Source of the DNA: Deferribacterales bacterium
GTDB lineage: Bacteria > Chrysiogenota > Deferribacteres > Deferribacterales > Geovibrionaceae
Length of the DNA stretch: 64,000 nt
Direction of reading: 5' to 3'
Assembly: GCA_050251875.1 (NCBI GenBank)
Contig: JBFWMA010000004.1
Location: 64,001-128,000, forward strand
The notes under the pieces were generated by a model. It saw only the letters and a list, made by a program, of their open reading frames with translations, searched no databases and was not told the DNA's origin. Positions 1-9,729 of the stretch are shown here, piece after piece. The position numbers and the translations under genes were made by a program. How positions within the stretch are numbered: position 1 is the stretch's first letter; each line of letters begins with the position of its first letter.

Positions 1-56
1 CTCTCCAGATTTTCACGAACGAATATTTCATCATCGACAACCAGAATTTTTTCCAT
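1..56 (-). CDS. Response regulator receiver protein, N-terminus only (runs off the window)
   Basis: Minus strand reads MEKILVVDDEIFVRENLE, a typical receiver start; lies downstream of a histidine kinase. Confidence 0.8.
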   Translation of the reverse strand, partial: MEKILVVDDEIFVRENLE

Positions 57-92
57 GATATCCTCTATGCGAATAATGATTAATTATAATAG

Positions 93-133
93 GTGGCGAA
101 AATTCGTCAATGATTATGTGGCGAAAATTCGCC
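93..133. promoter_or_regulatory. Tandem near-palindromic operator (GTGGCGAAAATTCG twice)
   Basis: Exact 14-bp repeats at 93-106 and 118-131; the second extends to GGCGAA-AA-TTCGCC; upstream of the regulator. Confidence 0.55.
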
Positions 134-784
134 TTATATCTGCGGGAATTTTATTATGAATTCTGTGCCTTTATTTTTTTCTGACCGGACAACGGTCTCT
201 GCTCCGTGGGCGTCCAGAATTTTTTTGGCGGAGAAAAGCCCTATGCCTGTTCCGCCCTGTTTGGATGTGTATCCCTGGTCGAATATTTTCGGCAGGTCTT
301 TTTCGTCTATGCCGGCGCCTGTGTCCTTTACGGAGACAACGGCCGTGTGTCCGTCTTCTGTCACGGAGACGGTCAGTTCTCCGCCGTCCGGCATGGCTTC
401 TATGGCGTTATTGATTATGTTTATGAATGCCTGTTTCAGCTTAGGCGTGTTCAGCATGCGCATATCGGTTTCGTTCAGGTCTTTTATCAGGCGGATATTC
501 TGTTTTTCGCATAGTTTCCGGGATATCAGCAGTATGTCGCCGATCACATTTTCGACTCTTCCGGCGAAGAAGCCGGACGGATAGGTTATGGTGTCGGTGA
601 GATATTCCGTCAGCAGATTTTCCAGACGCTCCACTTCGGACAGGGCTTTCACTATCAGCTCCCGCTCGTCCGGTCTGTCGGACAGTCTGTCGTGGATGCT
701 GTCCAGCATCACGCTGAGCCCTGTGAGCGGGCTGCGTATCTCGTGTATCAGTTCGCTAATAAAAGGATCGGCTGTTTTTTTCAT
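134..784 (-). CDS. Cytoplasmic histidine kinase (HisKA + HATPase_c)
   Basis: HEIRSPL H-box, NAIEA N-box, DTGAGI and GTGIGL G-boxes; no sensor domain. Confidence 0.85.
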   Translation of the reverse strand: MKKTADPFISELIHEIRSPLTGLSVMLDSIHDRLSDRPDERELIVKALSEVERLENLLTEYLTDTITYPSGFFAGRVENVIGDILLISRKLCEKQNIRLIKDLNETDMRMLNTPKLKQAFINIINNAIEAMPDGGELTVSVTEDGHTAVVSVKDTGAGIDEKDLPKIFDQGYTSKQGGTGIGLFSAKKILDAHGAETVVRSEKNKGTEFIIKFPQI

Positions 785-925
785 GTGTTTCCTGCTGTCG
801 GAATTATAGCGTTATGTACTTATAAAATCAACAAACGGAGATATTATGTGTTCGGGTTTTTTACCTTTATACATTGATAAATTTGCGGTATCATTTGTTT
901 TTTCAATACAAATAAAGGAATCGTT

Positions 926-1936
926 ATGAACATTCTTATTACGGGCGGAGCCGGATACATAGGCAGTCATGTTGCTAAACAACTTATAGAAGAGAAAAAA
1001 CACAGCGTGACTCTGCTGGATAATCTCTCTACAGGTTTTCAGTCAGCAGTGGACAGCCTGATATCTATGGATTCTTCTGTAAAATTTATAAGGCATGATC
1101 TTTCGGACTGGGATAAAACCGAAAAACTTATCAAATCAGGCGGATATGACGCCGTTATTCATTTTGCCGCTTCTCTGATAGTTCCGGAATCGGTGAAAGA
1201 ACCTCTGAAATATTATATAAACAACACCGCCAATACGTCCAATCTGGTGAAATGCTGTGTGGAATCCGGGATAAACAGATTTATATTCAGTTCCACCGCC
1301 GCTGTTTACGGCGAGCCTGAGAATATGGCGAAGACAGGGCTTAGGGAAGATGACGCTCTGATGCCCATCAGTCCGTACGGCAGAAGCAAACTTTTCAGCG
1401 AGTATGTTGTAAGGGATGCAGGAACCGCTTATCCTGACTTTAAATATGTTATTCTGAGATATTTTAATGTGGCAGGTGCTTCCGGAGACGGGCTTATCGG
1501 TCAGTCAACGCTGAATGCCACACATCTGGTAAAGGTGGCGGCGCAGACAGCGCTTGGCATCAGAGAAAAGATGTTCATATACGGCGGTGATTATCCCACT
1601 CCGGACGGCACATGCGTCAGGGATTATATCCATGTGGATGATCTGGCTTCAGCACACCTCTGTTCTCTGAGCTATCTGGACGGCGGCGTAAGCGGTATAT
1701 TTAACTGCGGCTATGGTCACGGATATTCTGTGAGTGAAGTGATAGATATTATGAGGGAAGTCAGCGGAAAAGATATTAATGCTGAGATGTCCGGAAGAAG
1801 AGCGGGCGACCCGGCCGATCTGATAGCAGACAGCAGAAAAATAAAGGATATGACTGGCTGGAAGCCGGTTTTTGACGATCTGAGGCATATCTGCCGCACG
1901 GCTTTGGATTGGGAAACAAAATTATCTAATAGCTAG
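926..1936 (+). CDS. galE: UDP-glucose 4-epimerase
   Basis: GGAGYIGSH, FSSTAAVYG, YGRSK, LRYFNVAGA, TPDGTCVRDYIHV. Confidence 0.95.
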   Translation: MNILITGGAGYIGSHVAKQLIEEKKHSVTLLDNLSTGFQSAVDSLISMDSSVKFIRHDLSDWDKTEKLIKSGGYDAVIHFAASLIVPESVKEPLKYYINNTANTSNLVKCCVESGINRFIFSSTAAVYGEPENMAKTGLREDDALMPISPYGRSKLFSEYVVRDAGTAYPDFKYVILRYFNVAGASGDGLIGQSTLNATHLVKVAAQTALGIREKMFIYGGDYPTPDGTCVRDYIHVDDLASAHLCSLSYLDGGVSGIFNCGYGHGYSVSEVIDIMREVSGKDINAEMSGRRAGDPADLIADSRKIKDMTGWKPVFDDLRHICRTALDWETKLSNS

Positions 1937-2011
1937 ATAATTTCATACCTGTGTAGTATAATTGCCTTGTGACCGTATAGATTTATTTAATAAACCTTAG
2001 GGAGCTGACGA

Positions 2012-2371
2012 GTGAAAATATTGGTAGTTGATGATTCCGGATTTGCCAGAAGGGCTCTGATAAAGCTGATAAACGAACAGCTGGAGGGATGGGCTGTCAT
2101 AGAAACAGGTGAAGGGAAACAGGCTATGCCCCTCTTTCTTGAGCATAAGCCCGAGCTTGTGTTTCTGGATCTGACTATGCCGGAGGTAAGGGGCGAGGAT
2201 ATTCTGGCGGATATCAAAAAAACCGATATTCCCAGCAAGGTCATCGTGGTTTCCGCTGACATACAGCAAAAAACAAGAGAAATAGTGATGGGGCTCGGAG
2301 CGGACTATATGGTGAATAAACCTATAAACGCGGAAAAAATAGCCGAGGCTCTCACAGCGGTTATGATCTGA
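2012..2371 (+). CDS. Single-domain response regulator (CheY-like)
   Basis: ILVVDDS, LDLTMP, SAD and KP receiver motifs; GTG start. Confidence 0.9.
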   Translation: MKILVVDDSGFARRALIKLINEQLEGWAVIETGEGKQAMPLFLEHKPELVFLDLTMPEVRGEDILADIKKTDIPSKVIVVSADIQQKTREIVMGLGADYMVNKPINAEKIAEALTAVMI

Positions 2372-2378
2372 GGTAGAT

Positions 2379-3002
2379 ATGGAGAACCTTACTGAACTTC
2401 AGACGGAGGCGATGGGCGAGCTGTTCAACATAGCCTATGGGCTTGCGACTTCCCTGATCTCCGATTCCATCGGGATGCACTCCAGTATGTATGTGCCGGA
2501 GATGGAAATTATAGACATAGAGAATCTGGCGGATACCATTGCCGGCGTCATAGACGAGGACAAAGAGTATTACCATGTTTCTCAGGTCTTTCTGAACTAT
2601 CTCGAAGGCGAGACGGTGATGCTGATGAGCAGAGAGTCCGCGGCGGCTCTCACCGAATGTTACAGCAGGATAGACGACATGCTGGACGATTCCAGCGAAG
2701 AGGACATCAAAAGCTGTACTCTGGAGATATCCAATATCATTACATCAGCGCTCATTGGGCGCATAGCCGACCTGACGAATACCGAGATATTCTTTCAGCC
2801 GCCGGAGATAAAACCTTATAAAACATCCGAGATACACGATCTCAGAAGAGGATCTGAGTTTTCTCAGGTTATCGTGATCAAGGTTATTATAGATATCGAT
2901 TCCACAGAGATCAAAGGACACATGTATGTGCTTCTGAAAGAGCAGTCTTTCAGCAGATTTAAAGAGGCTCTGGATTATTTCATTGATCATTACGCAGGGT
3001 AG
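2379..3002 (+). CDS. CheC-family phosphatase
   Basis: Two E-x-x-N motifs (GELFNI, LEISNI); follows a CheY-like gene. Confidence 0.8.
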   Translation: MENLTELQTEAMGELFNIAYGLATSLISDSIGMHSSMYVPEMEIIDIENLADTIAGVIDEDKEYYHVSQVFLNYLEGETVMLMSRESAAALTECYSRIDDMLDDSSEEDIKSCTLEISNIITSALIGRIADLTNTEIFFQPPEIKPYKTSEIHDLRRGSEFSQVIVIKVIIDIDSTEIKGHMYVLLKEQSFSRFKEALDYFIDHYAG

Positions 3003-3007
3003 GTGAC

Positions 3008-5353
3008 ATGACCGCTCCCAATTATCTGGACCATATCCTTAACGGGGCGATGGTTCTGGACGAACAGTGTACGGTTCTTTTCTGGAACCATTGGCTGGAG
3101 ATTCAGACGGGGATCAAAAGAGGCGACATAGTCGGCAACTCCCTTTATGACTTTTTTCCGGATATCAATAAAAAACTGATAGAACGCAAGCTCAGACAGG
3201 TATACGCTCTGAACACCCCCGCATTCATCAATGCAGAGGCGGAGAAATATCTTCTGAAAATCCCTTCTAAAAAAATATCAGGCAAAATATACGACTACAT
3301 GCTTCAGAATGTCGTTATTTCCATCTATGAGAAGAAAGAGAAATACACGCTCTTTATGATCTACGACCAGACATCGCTTCTGGAGGCGAGGGTTCGTCTG
3401 GAAACCAGCGCCCGGCTTCTGGAAGAACAGCACAGTCTGCTTCAGAACACCCTCGATTTTCAGGCAAACGTGATTTTTGTTATGGATGATAACAGAATAG
3501 TTAACTATAACAATAACTTTCTGGAAGTCTTCGGATATGACTCGGTGGAGAGGGTGAACTCCGGCGAGAGAGACCTGCTCAGCTATGTCAGCACGGAAAA
3601 GAATGAAAATCTGAACGATATATACGGTTCTTTCAATAACTTTATTCTGGACAGCCTTAACAGAAACAGGCTGAACAAAATATCCGTTGTGGATAAAAAC
3701 ACCGGCAGAGAGACCACATTCCTCTTCAGCGTCAGAAAGATGCCCGAACACAGCACCATAATAGTCTCCATGACGGACATCACGCTCCTTCAGAACAGGG
3801 AGAAAGTTCTTCAGGATATCAACCTGGAGCTGAGCAGAAGATATGAGGACAAAAACGCCGAGCTGAAAAAGCTGAACTTCGACCTCGCCAGAAACAGAGA
3901 CCAGCTCAGGATCGCTCAGGAGGTTGCCAGCATCGGCAGTTTCGAGTATTCCTGCGCCACCGGCACCATATTCCTCAGCCACGGTCTGAAGATCATTTTC
4001 GATAATCCGGACATAGCGGCTCTCAGCCTGCCGGATGTTCTGGCGTATCTTAAGCCGGAATACAGAAAAGCGGTGTCCGAAAAGGTGGCTCTGGCGTGCA
4101 GAGAGGGCGGGGATTTTTCGGCGTATGCCGTTATCGTGTCTAAGAAAGGCGTTGAAAAACCCATCGGCATACACTGCCGGGTCTTCGGAGGCGTGGACGA
4201 GGGCAGAAGACTCACCATCACCATGAACGACCTTACCAACATAAAACAGCTTGAAAACCAGATAAAAGACAGAGAACAGCTCGTGTCGTCACTCTTCGAT
4301 GTGGCGGATATCGGATTCGTCATCACCGACAGAAACGGCGTGATTTTCCGTGTGAACAGGGCGTTTCTCTCCATGACAGGCTATATATCCGATGAGCTGA
4401 TAGGCGCCAGTCTGGATAAACTGCGCATAGAATCCTACAAGAGTGATTACGGGCAATATGACAGAGAGGACGGCGGAACTCTTTCCGAAGTCACCCTGAC
4501 TCATAAAACCGGGGACAAGCTCTATGCCTATATGAATATCTCCACATTCAAAGGGCAGGACGAGGACGAATACAGAGTTCTGGCTCTCACCGACATCACC
4601 GACAGGATCAACCTGCTGTCCGAGCAGAAGGAGCAGGAACAGCTCCTCATCCAGCAGTCGAAGATGGCGGCAATGGGCGAGATGATCGGCGTAATAGGAC
4701 ACCAGTGGAAACAGCCTCTGAACTCCATGAGCCTGATACTGGACAACGTAAAATCGGACGTGGAAGACGATATGCTGGATATCGAGATGCTGAACATCGG
4801 CATCGACAGATGTCTGGAGCAGATACATTTCATGTCGGAGACCATAGACGATTTCCGCAGTTTCTTCAGCCACGAGACAGTGGTGTCTCCTTTCGACCTG
4901 AAGAGCACTGTGGACAACACCGCCAGACTTCTCTCTCCGCTCTTCGAAAGAAACGGAACAAAGCTGGACATAGTCAGCGATCTGGACAGAAGTGTGTATG
5001 TGACCGGAATAGCCAACGAGTTTAAACATACCCTGATGAACCTTCTTTCCAACTCGAAAGACGCCATCTTATCCAGAATAAAAAACGATGCCCGTTTCAA
5101 AGGCAGGATAACAGTCCTGATAAGCAGAGACGGCGACACAGCGACAATCACTGTCTGCGACAATGGCGGCGGAATCCCTGAGAATGTTCTGGAGCATATA
5201 TTCAAGCCCTATTTCACAACCAAAGGCGACAATGGTACCGGAATTGGTATGTATCTGGCGCAGATTATAATCAGTAAAAAAATGAACGGAAGCATCTCCG
5301 CCGAAAACAGGGGCGAAGGCGCCTGTATCAAAATCAGTCTCCCTATCTCCTGA
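3008..5353 (+). CDS. Multi-PAS sensor histidine kinase
   Basis: Several PAS-like segments; HQWKQPLN H-box; DNGGGI, FTTK, GTGIG. Confidence 0.9.
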   Translation: MTAPNYLDHILNGAMVLDEQCTVLFWNHWLEIQTGIKRGDIVGNSLYDFFPDINKKLIERKLRQVYALNTPAFINAEAEKYLLKIPSKKISGKIYDYMLQNVVISIYEKKEKYTLFMIYDQTSLLEARVRLETSARLLEEQHSLLQNTLDFQANVIFVMDDNRIVNYNNNFLEVFGYDSVERVNSGERDLLSYVSTEKNENLNDIYGSFNNFILDSLNRNRLNKISVVDKNTGRETTFLFSVRKMPEHSTIIVSMTDITLLQNREKVLQDINLELSRRYEDKNAELKKLNFDLARNRDQLRIAQEVASIGSFEYSCATGTIFLSHGLKIIFDNPDIAALSLPDVLAYLKPEYRKAVSEKVALACREGGDFSAYAVIVSKKGVEKPIGIHCRVFGGVDEGRRLTITMNDLTNIKQLENQIKDREQLVSSLFDVADIGFVITDRNGVIFRVNRAFLSMTGYISDELIGASLDKLRIESYKSDYGQYDREDGGTLSEVTLTHKTGDKLYAYMNISTFKGQDEDEYRVLALTDITDRINLLSEQKEQEQLLIQQSKMAAMGEMIGVIGHQWKQPLNSMSLILDNVKSDVEDDMLDIEMLNIGIDRCLEQIHFMSETIDDFRSFFSHETVVSPFDLKSTVDNTARLLSPLFERNGTKLDIVSDLDRSVYVTGIANEFKHTLMNLLSNSKDAILSRIKNDARFKGRITVLISRDGDTATITVCDNGGGIPENVLEHIFKPYFTTKGDNGTGIGMYLAQIIISKKMNGSISAENRGEGACIKISLPIS

Positions 5354-5359
5354 TATTTT

Positions 5360-7411
5360 CTAATCCGGCTGCGGAATCCACTTCTGTATTATGTTTTTCA
5401 GATCTTTTCTGGTGAAAGGTTTCGGAAGAAAATCGTTCATTCCCGCTGTAATGGCGGCGGTGCGCCTCTCCGCCACGGCGTCAGCCGTCAGGGCGATGAT
5501 GACTGCGTCTTTGCAGTGGGGCAGTTTTTTTATGGCACGGGCGGCGTCCAGACCGTCCATGACGGGCATCTGGAGATCCATCAGGATGATATCGAAGGTC
5601 GAAGCCCGTTCCTCGTCTTCCATTATTTCCAGAGCCTCTTTGCCGTTTTCCGCAAGGGTGGTGTTTATGCCTGCCGAGCGCATAATATCTAACGCCACCA
5701 TCTGGTTTATTTTGTTGTCTTCCACCAGAAGGGCGCTGATGTTCAGAGAAAACTCACCCGGTCTGTTCTGGTTCAGCATGAAAATCAGGCTGTCGTCCGG
5801 ATCGGCGTCCGCTCCGTAGTTAGGGTCAGTGTCCAGACTCAGGCGCACGGTGAATACCGCTCCCTCGCCCCATTTGCTCTCCACGTCAACCGTTCCGTTT
5901 AATATTCGCAGCAGACCGGACACGATGGACAGTCCCAGTCCTGTTCCGCCGAACATCCTCGGCGTGGTCGGGTCTATCTGCTCGAAAGGTCTGAAGAGAG
6001 AATCTTTTATCTCCTCTCTGATGCCTATGCCTGTGTCTTCAACGGTGAATCTCAGATCAGCGTGAAAATCTCCAACGCTCTCAACAGAGGCGGTTATTTT
6101 TACATGTCCTTTGTTCGTGAATCTGACGGCGTTAACGCCCAGATTCAGCAGAATCTGCGCTATTCTCAGCGGATCGCTTATTAGATATTCCGGCACTTTG
6201 TCGTCTACAGAGACGATCAGCCGGAGTGATTTCTCGTCAGCTTTTTCCTGAAGTATGAGGCTGATATTCTCCATCAGCTTTCTGATGCTGAAAGAGACGT
6301 TCTCCGGCTTCAGGCTGCCTGATTCTATCATGGAGAAATCGAGTATGTCGTTGATAGTGCCCAGAAGATGATAAGCGGATTTCTGACTCTTTTTGAGATA
6401 TTCCATTGTTTTTTCGTCTTTCGCTGATCTCATAAGAATCTGGTTGAACCCTATCACGGCGTGCAGCGGGGTTCTGATTTCGTGGCTCATGTTCGCCAGA
6501 AAAGAGCTTTTGCGTCTGTTGGCGTCTTCCGCCGAGTGTCTGGCGACCAGAAGCTCACGGGTGCGCCCCTCCACCAGCTCTTCCAGAGACTGGGAATACA
6601 TGGCGATTTCGGAGTATGCCTGCGACAGCTTCAGCGATTTTTCATCCAGCGCCTCCGCCAGAATCTCCAGCTCATCGCCGGTTCCCACAGGAGCGCAGTC
6701 CAGCGGAGACGTGCCGTCACTGTTTTTCACCTTGCGGCAGAGCTGCATAATGGGATTTGAGATGTTGGTGCTCAGTCTCTCCGCCAGCAGAATCACCACA
6801 AAGACGGTGACGCACGCCGAAAACAGCTGAAAATAGATCAGAGACTTGTTTCTCTTGTCCGAGGCGTCCTGAAGCAGTATCACCGCTGTGTCCAGAGAGC
6901 TCAGAAGCTCGTTGCTGTGGTTCTGGATAAAGTTGATCGCCTTTGTGTCGTTCGGGTTACTCATTATGTTCAGGGCGGCGTATTTATATTCCGTCCATAT
7001 CTTCTGAACAGTGTCCAGGTGGGCTATGATTTTTTCATCGGGAACAGGCAGGGAGCTTTCCGCCGTGAAGAACATGTCCACAGGAGCGGGACCGCCGCCT
7101 CTCAGAGCGTTATGAGTGGTTTCGAAAAGCCTGATGGTGTTGTATGCCTCGGATTTATATGTGAGCAGTTTTTCATTGTCTTTCTGATGCAGGTTAATCA
7201 GAAGAAGGTCTTTTGCCAGTCTTTGCGAAAGCATTCTCTGTCTGCCCGCCAGATTAACCACCAGCCCGTCGCTTTTCTGTTTATCCGCTACATAGAATGT
7301 CCCCAGAAATATGAAAGCGATCAGTACCGACATGGTTATAACAGGAATGAGAACTTTATATTTTATACTCATAATGAAACTCAGGTGGTCTATATTTATG
7401 AAATTTATCAC
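5360..7411 (-). CDS. Hybrid sensor kinase with NarX/PilJ-type sensor, HAMP, HisKA, HATPase and receiver
   Basis: TM segment, NLAGRQRMLSQ, second TM; FLANMSHEIRTP; GGTGLGL; MDLQMPVMDG; true start probably near 7372. Confidence 0.88.
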   Translation of the reverse strand: MINFINIDHLSFIMSIKYKVLIPVITMSVLIAFIFLGTFYVADKQKSDGLVVNLAGRQRMLSQRLAKDLLLINLHQKDNEKLLTYKSEAYNTIRLFETTHNALRGGGPAPVDMFFTAESSLPVPDEKIIAHLDTVQKIWTEYKYAALNIMSNPNDTKAINFIQNHSNELLSSLDTAVILLQDASDKRNKSLIYFQLFSACVTVFVVILLAERLSTNISNPIMQLCRKVKNSDGTSPLDCAPVGTGDELEILAEALDEKSLKLSQAYSEIAMYSQSLEELVEGRTRELLVARHSAEDANRRKSSFLANMSHEIRTPLHAVIGFNQILMRSAKDEKTMEYLKKSQKSAYHLLGTINDILDFSMIESGSLKPENVSFSIRKLMENISLILQEKADEKSLRLIVSVDDKVPEYLISDPLRIAQILLNLGVNAVRFTNKGHVKITASVESVGDFHADLRFTVEDTGIGIREEIKDSLFRPFEQIDPTTPRMFGGTGLGLSIVSGLLRILNGTVDVESKWGEGAVFTVRLSLDTDPNYGADADPDDSLIFMLNQNRPGEFSLNISALLVEDNKINQMVALDIMRSAGINTTLAENGKEALEIMEDEERASTFDIILMDLQMPVMDGLDAARAIKKLPHCKDAVIIALTADAVAERRTAAITAGMNDFLPKPFTRKDLKNIIQKWIPQPD

Positions 7412-7510
7412 ACTGAGTTGTATAAATCAACGAGGATAGGGGGCGAAAATATAATGAGGAAATATGCGCCGCATAGTCAATAAGGTGTATAATTCAATAT
7501 GAGGTGAGAT

Positions 7511-7903
7511 ATGAGACATTTAAAACTTATTATTCTTTCCGTGTTTTTGATGTTGTCTGTCTTGGCGGGACACACAGCCGAAAAAACCGGAGCCTATATT
7601 GCGGCGGCTGTGGACGGACCCAGCGGTTCTGCCCTGCTCAGCGGTGTGGCGGCGCGCGCTCCGTATTATATCTTTTATGACAAAACCGGAAAAGCTCTGG
7701 AGACCATCCAGAACCCCTTCCGCTCACAGCAGGCGGCAGGTCCCAGACTTACGGAATTTCTTGTTTCTAAAGGCGTCAGGATATTCGTGGCTCAGTCTTT
7801 CGGAAGCGGAAGGATGCCCGCTCTGATGACGTCCAGAGGAGTTCTGCTGAAAGAATTCAATGGAACGGCGGACGATGCCGTTAAGCAGTTGATTAAGAAA
7901 TGA
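7511..7903 (+). CDS. NifX/NifB-like (FeMo-co-binding fold) protein with signal peptide
   Basis: ARAPYYIFYD...ETIQNP...GVRIFVAQSFG pattern; hydrophobic N-terminus. Confidence 0.65.
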   Translation: MRHLKLIILSVFLMLSVLAGHTAEKTGAYIAAAVDGPSGSALLSGVAARAPYYIFYDKTGKALETIQNPFRSQQAAGPRLTEFLVSKGVRIFVAQSFGSGRMPALMTSRGVLLKEFNGTADDAVKQLIKK

Positions 7904-7907
7904 TTAT

Positions 7908-7935
7908 AAAAAAGCAGGGTTCCCCTGCTTTTTTT
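7908..7935. terminator. Intrinsic terminator, possibly bidirectional
   Basis: A-tract, GCAGGG/CCCTGC stem, T-tract. Confidence 0.8.
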
Positions 7936-8000
7936 AGTGTCGATTTCGTAAATAAAAGTTGTATAATACACAATAAATATATTCATTAAGCGGGTTTTAA

Positions 8001-9203
8001 TTGATGAGCGCGGATTCTGACTTCATTAAAGGGTTACAGGGTGAGGTCTCTATGCTGGAGGAGCTCCTGGAGCGCTCCAGAGTGGGGTATCACTCGCTGG
8101 ACGCAAACGGCAACGTGATATATGTGAACAACGTGTGGCTGAACACTCTCGGATACAAACGTGACGAGGTGATAGGCGAGTGGTTCGGAAAATTCATCCA
8201 CGAAAGCTATCTGGACAAATTCAAAGCAAACTTCCCGAAACTCAGAGAGAAAGGCATCATAGAAAACTTCACCTTTGTGCTGAAGCACAGGGACGGAAGC
8301 CCAGTGGAGCTTATCTTTAACGGCATGGCGGAGAAAGACGCCAACGGAGAGTTTGTGAAAACCCTGTCCGCATTCCACTCGAACAGTCCGGAACAGAAGA
8401 CGCTCTATGGAAATATAGACGAAAAACTGATTAACAAATCCAGAATGGAGCTCATGGGAGAAATGATGAGCGCTGTGGCGCACCACTGGCGCCAGCCTCT
8501 GAACGCTCTGGGGCTTCTGATTCAGGATAATGAGGATATTTTAAACGAGTCAGAAGCCGAGTTTCCCGAGATTATAGAAAATATCAAAAGCTCCATGCAG
8601 ATAATCATGAAGATGTCTGAGACCATAGACCAGTTCTGCGCTTTTTCCGTGCCTTCAAAGGGGGCGGAGCCGCTGAACCTGACAGAGCTCATTATAAACA
8701 CTCTGGACATAATGGCGGACAAGCTGAAGGACTGCCTCATAGATTTCTCGTTCATCAGCGAATGTCCGAAGGATTATTATCACTGTTTCAACGAAGTGCC
8801 CCCGGTGGACTGCGCCAGCAATGTTTATTACATCAGCGGCGTCAGACAGGATGTGATTCAGGTTCTCCTGAATGTGATATCCAACGCGGTGTACGCCGTC
8901 ACACGATCCATAGCCAACGACACGATATCCAGAGGCAAGATAGACTTTCATGTAAAAAATACGGATAAATCAGTCACTATGAGTATTCTGAACAACGGCG
9001 ACAAAATCCCCGAAGAGATTCTGCCCAGAATATTCGAACCCTATTTCTCTACCAAAGGTCAGGGAGACGGGGACGGTATGGGGCTTTACACCTGTAAGGT
9101 GATAGTGGAAAAACACCTCTCCGGCACTGTCAGCATAGGAAACACGGACAGCGGGGTTATGTTCGTTCTGGAGATTCCGGTGATTTCAGTTAAAAGCGTC
9201 TGA
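8001..9203 (+). CDS. PAS sensor histidine kinase
   Basis: N-terminal PAS; HHWRQPLN; FEPYFSTK; GDGMGL. Confidence 0.88.
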   Translation: MMSADSDFIKGLQGEVSMLEELLERSRVGYHSLDANGNVIYVNNVWLNTLGYKRDEVIGEWFGKFIHESYLDKFKANFPKLREKGIIENFTFVLKHRDGSPVELIFNGMAEKDANGEFVKTLSAFHSNSPEQKTLYGNIDEKLINKSRMELMGEMMSAVAHHWRQPLNALGLLIQDNEDILNESEAEFPEIIENIKSSMQIIMKMSETIDQFCAFSVPSKGAEPLNLTELIINTLDIMADKLKDCLIDFSFISECPKDYYHCFNEVPPVDCASNVYYISGVRQDVIQVLLNVISNAVYAVTRSIANDTISRGKIDFHVKNTDKSVTMSILNNGDKIPEEILPRIFEPYFSTKGQGDGDGMGLYTCKVIVEKHLSGTVSIGNTDSGVMFVLEIPVISVKSV

Positions 9204-9278
9204 ATACTTATTTTTCTGTAACGTCCTCTTTCTTTTATGCTAAACTCTGTGTATCGAAAACAGAAAAGAAAGGATCTA

Positions 9279-9695
9279 ATGAGAATCAGATGCGCCGCCA
9301 ATACGGATAATCTTGCGGATATACTTAATAAAACAGAGATTTACGCCGAAAAGGCGGGTCTCTCACAGGAACAGTCGCTCAATCTGCTCCTTCTGACGGA
9401 AGAGCTGGCTGCCAATGTCATCAACTATGCCTATGAGAGCAAAGACGGAGGGCTGGAGATAGAGACTTCCGCTGACGATTTCAGCGTCCGCCTGACCGTT
9501 ATGGACAGCGGAAAAGAATTCAACCCGCTGCTGATACCGGATCCGGATACCGCCGCTCCTCTTCAGGAGAGAAAGATAGGCGGACTGGGAATCTTTCTGG
9601 TGAAGCAGTTCGCAGACAGCATTTCATACCGCAGAGAGGACGGAATGAACATCACCTCTCTCATTCTGAAAAGGGACGGTGCAGGTAATGCTTGA
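9279..9695 (+). CDS. Anti-sigma factor / Ser-Thr kinase (RsbW/SpoIIAB-like)
   Basis: EELAANVINYAY, DSGKEFNP, GGLGIFLV; start after AAGGA RBS. Confidence 0.85.
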   Translation: MRIRCAANTDNLADILNKTEIYAEKAGLSQEQSLNLLLLTEELAANVINYAYESKDGGLEIETSADDFSVRLTVMDSGKEFNPLLIPDPDTAAPLQERKIGGLGIFLVKQFADSISYRREDGMNITSLILKRDGAGNA

Positions 9696-9729
9696 ACAAT
9701 CAATATCAATCAGAAAAATTGTGTGACGT

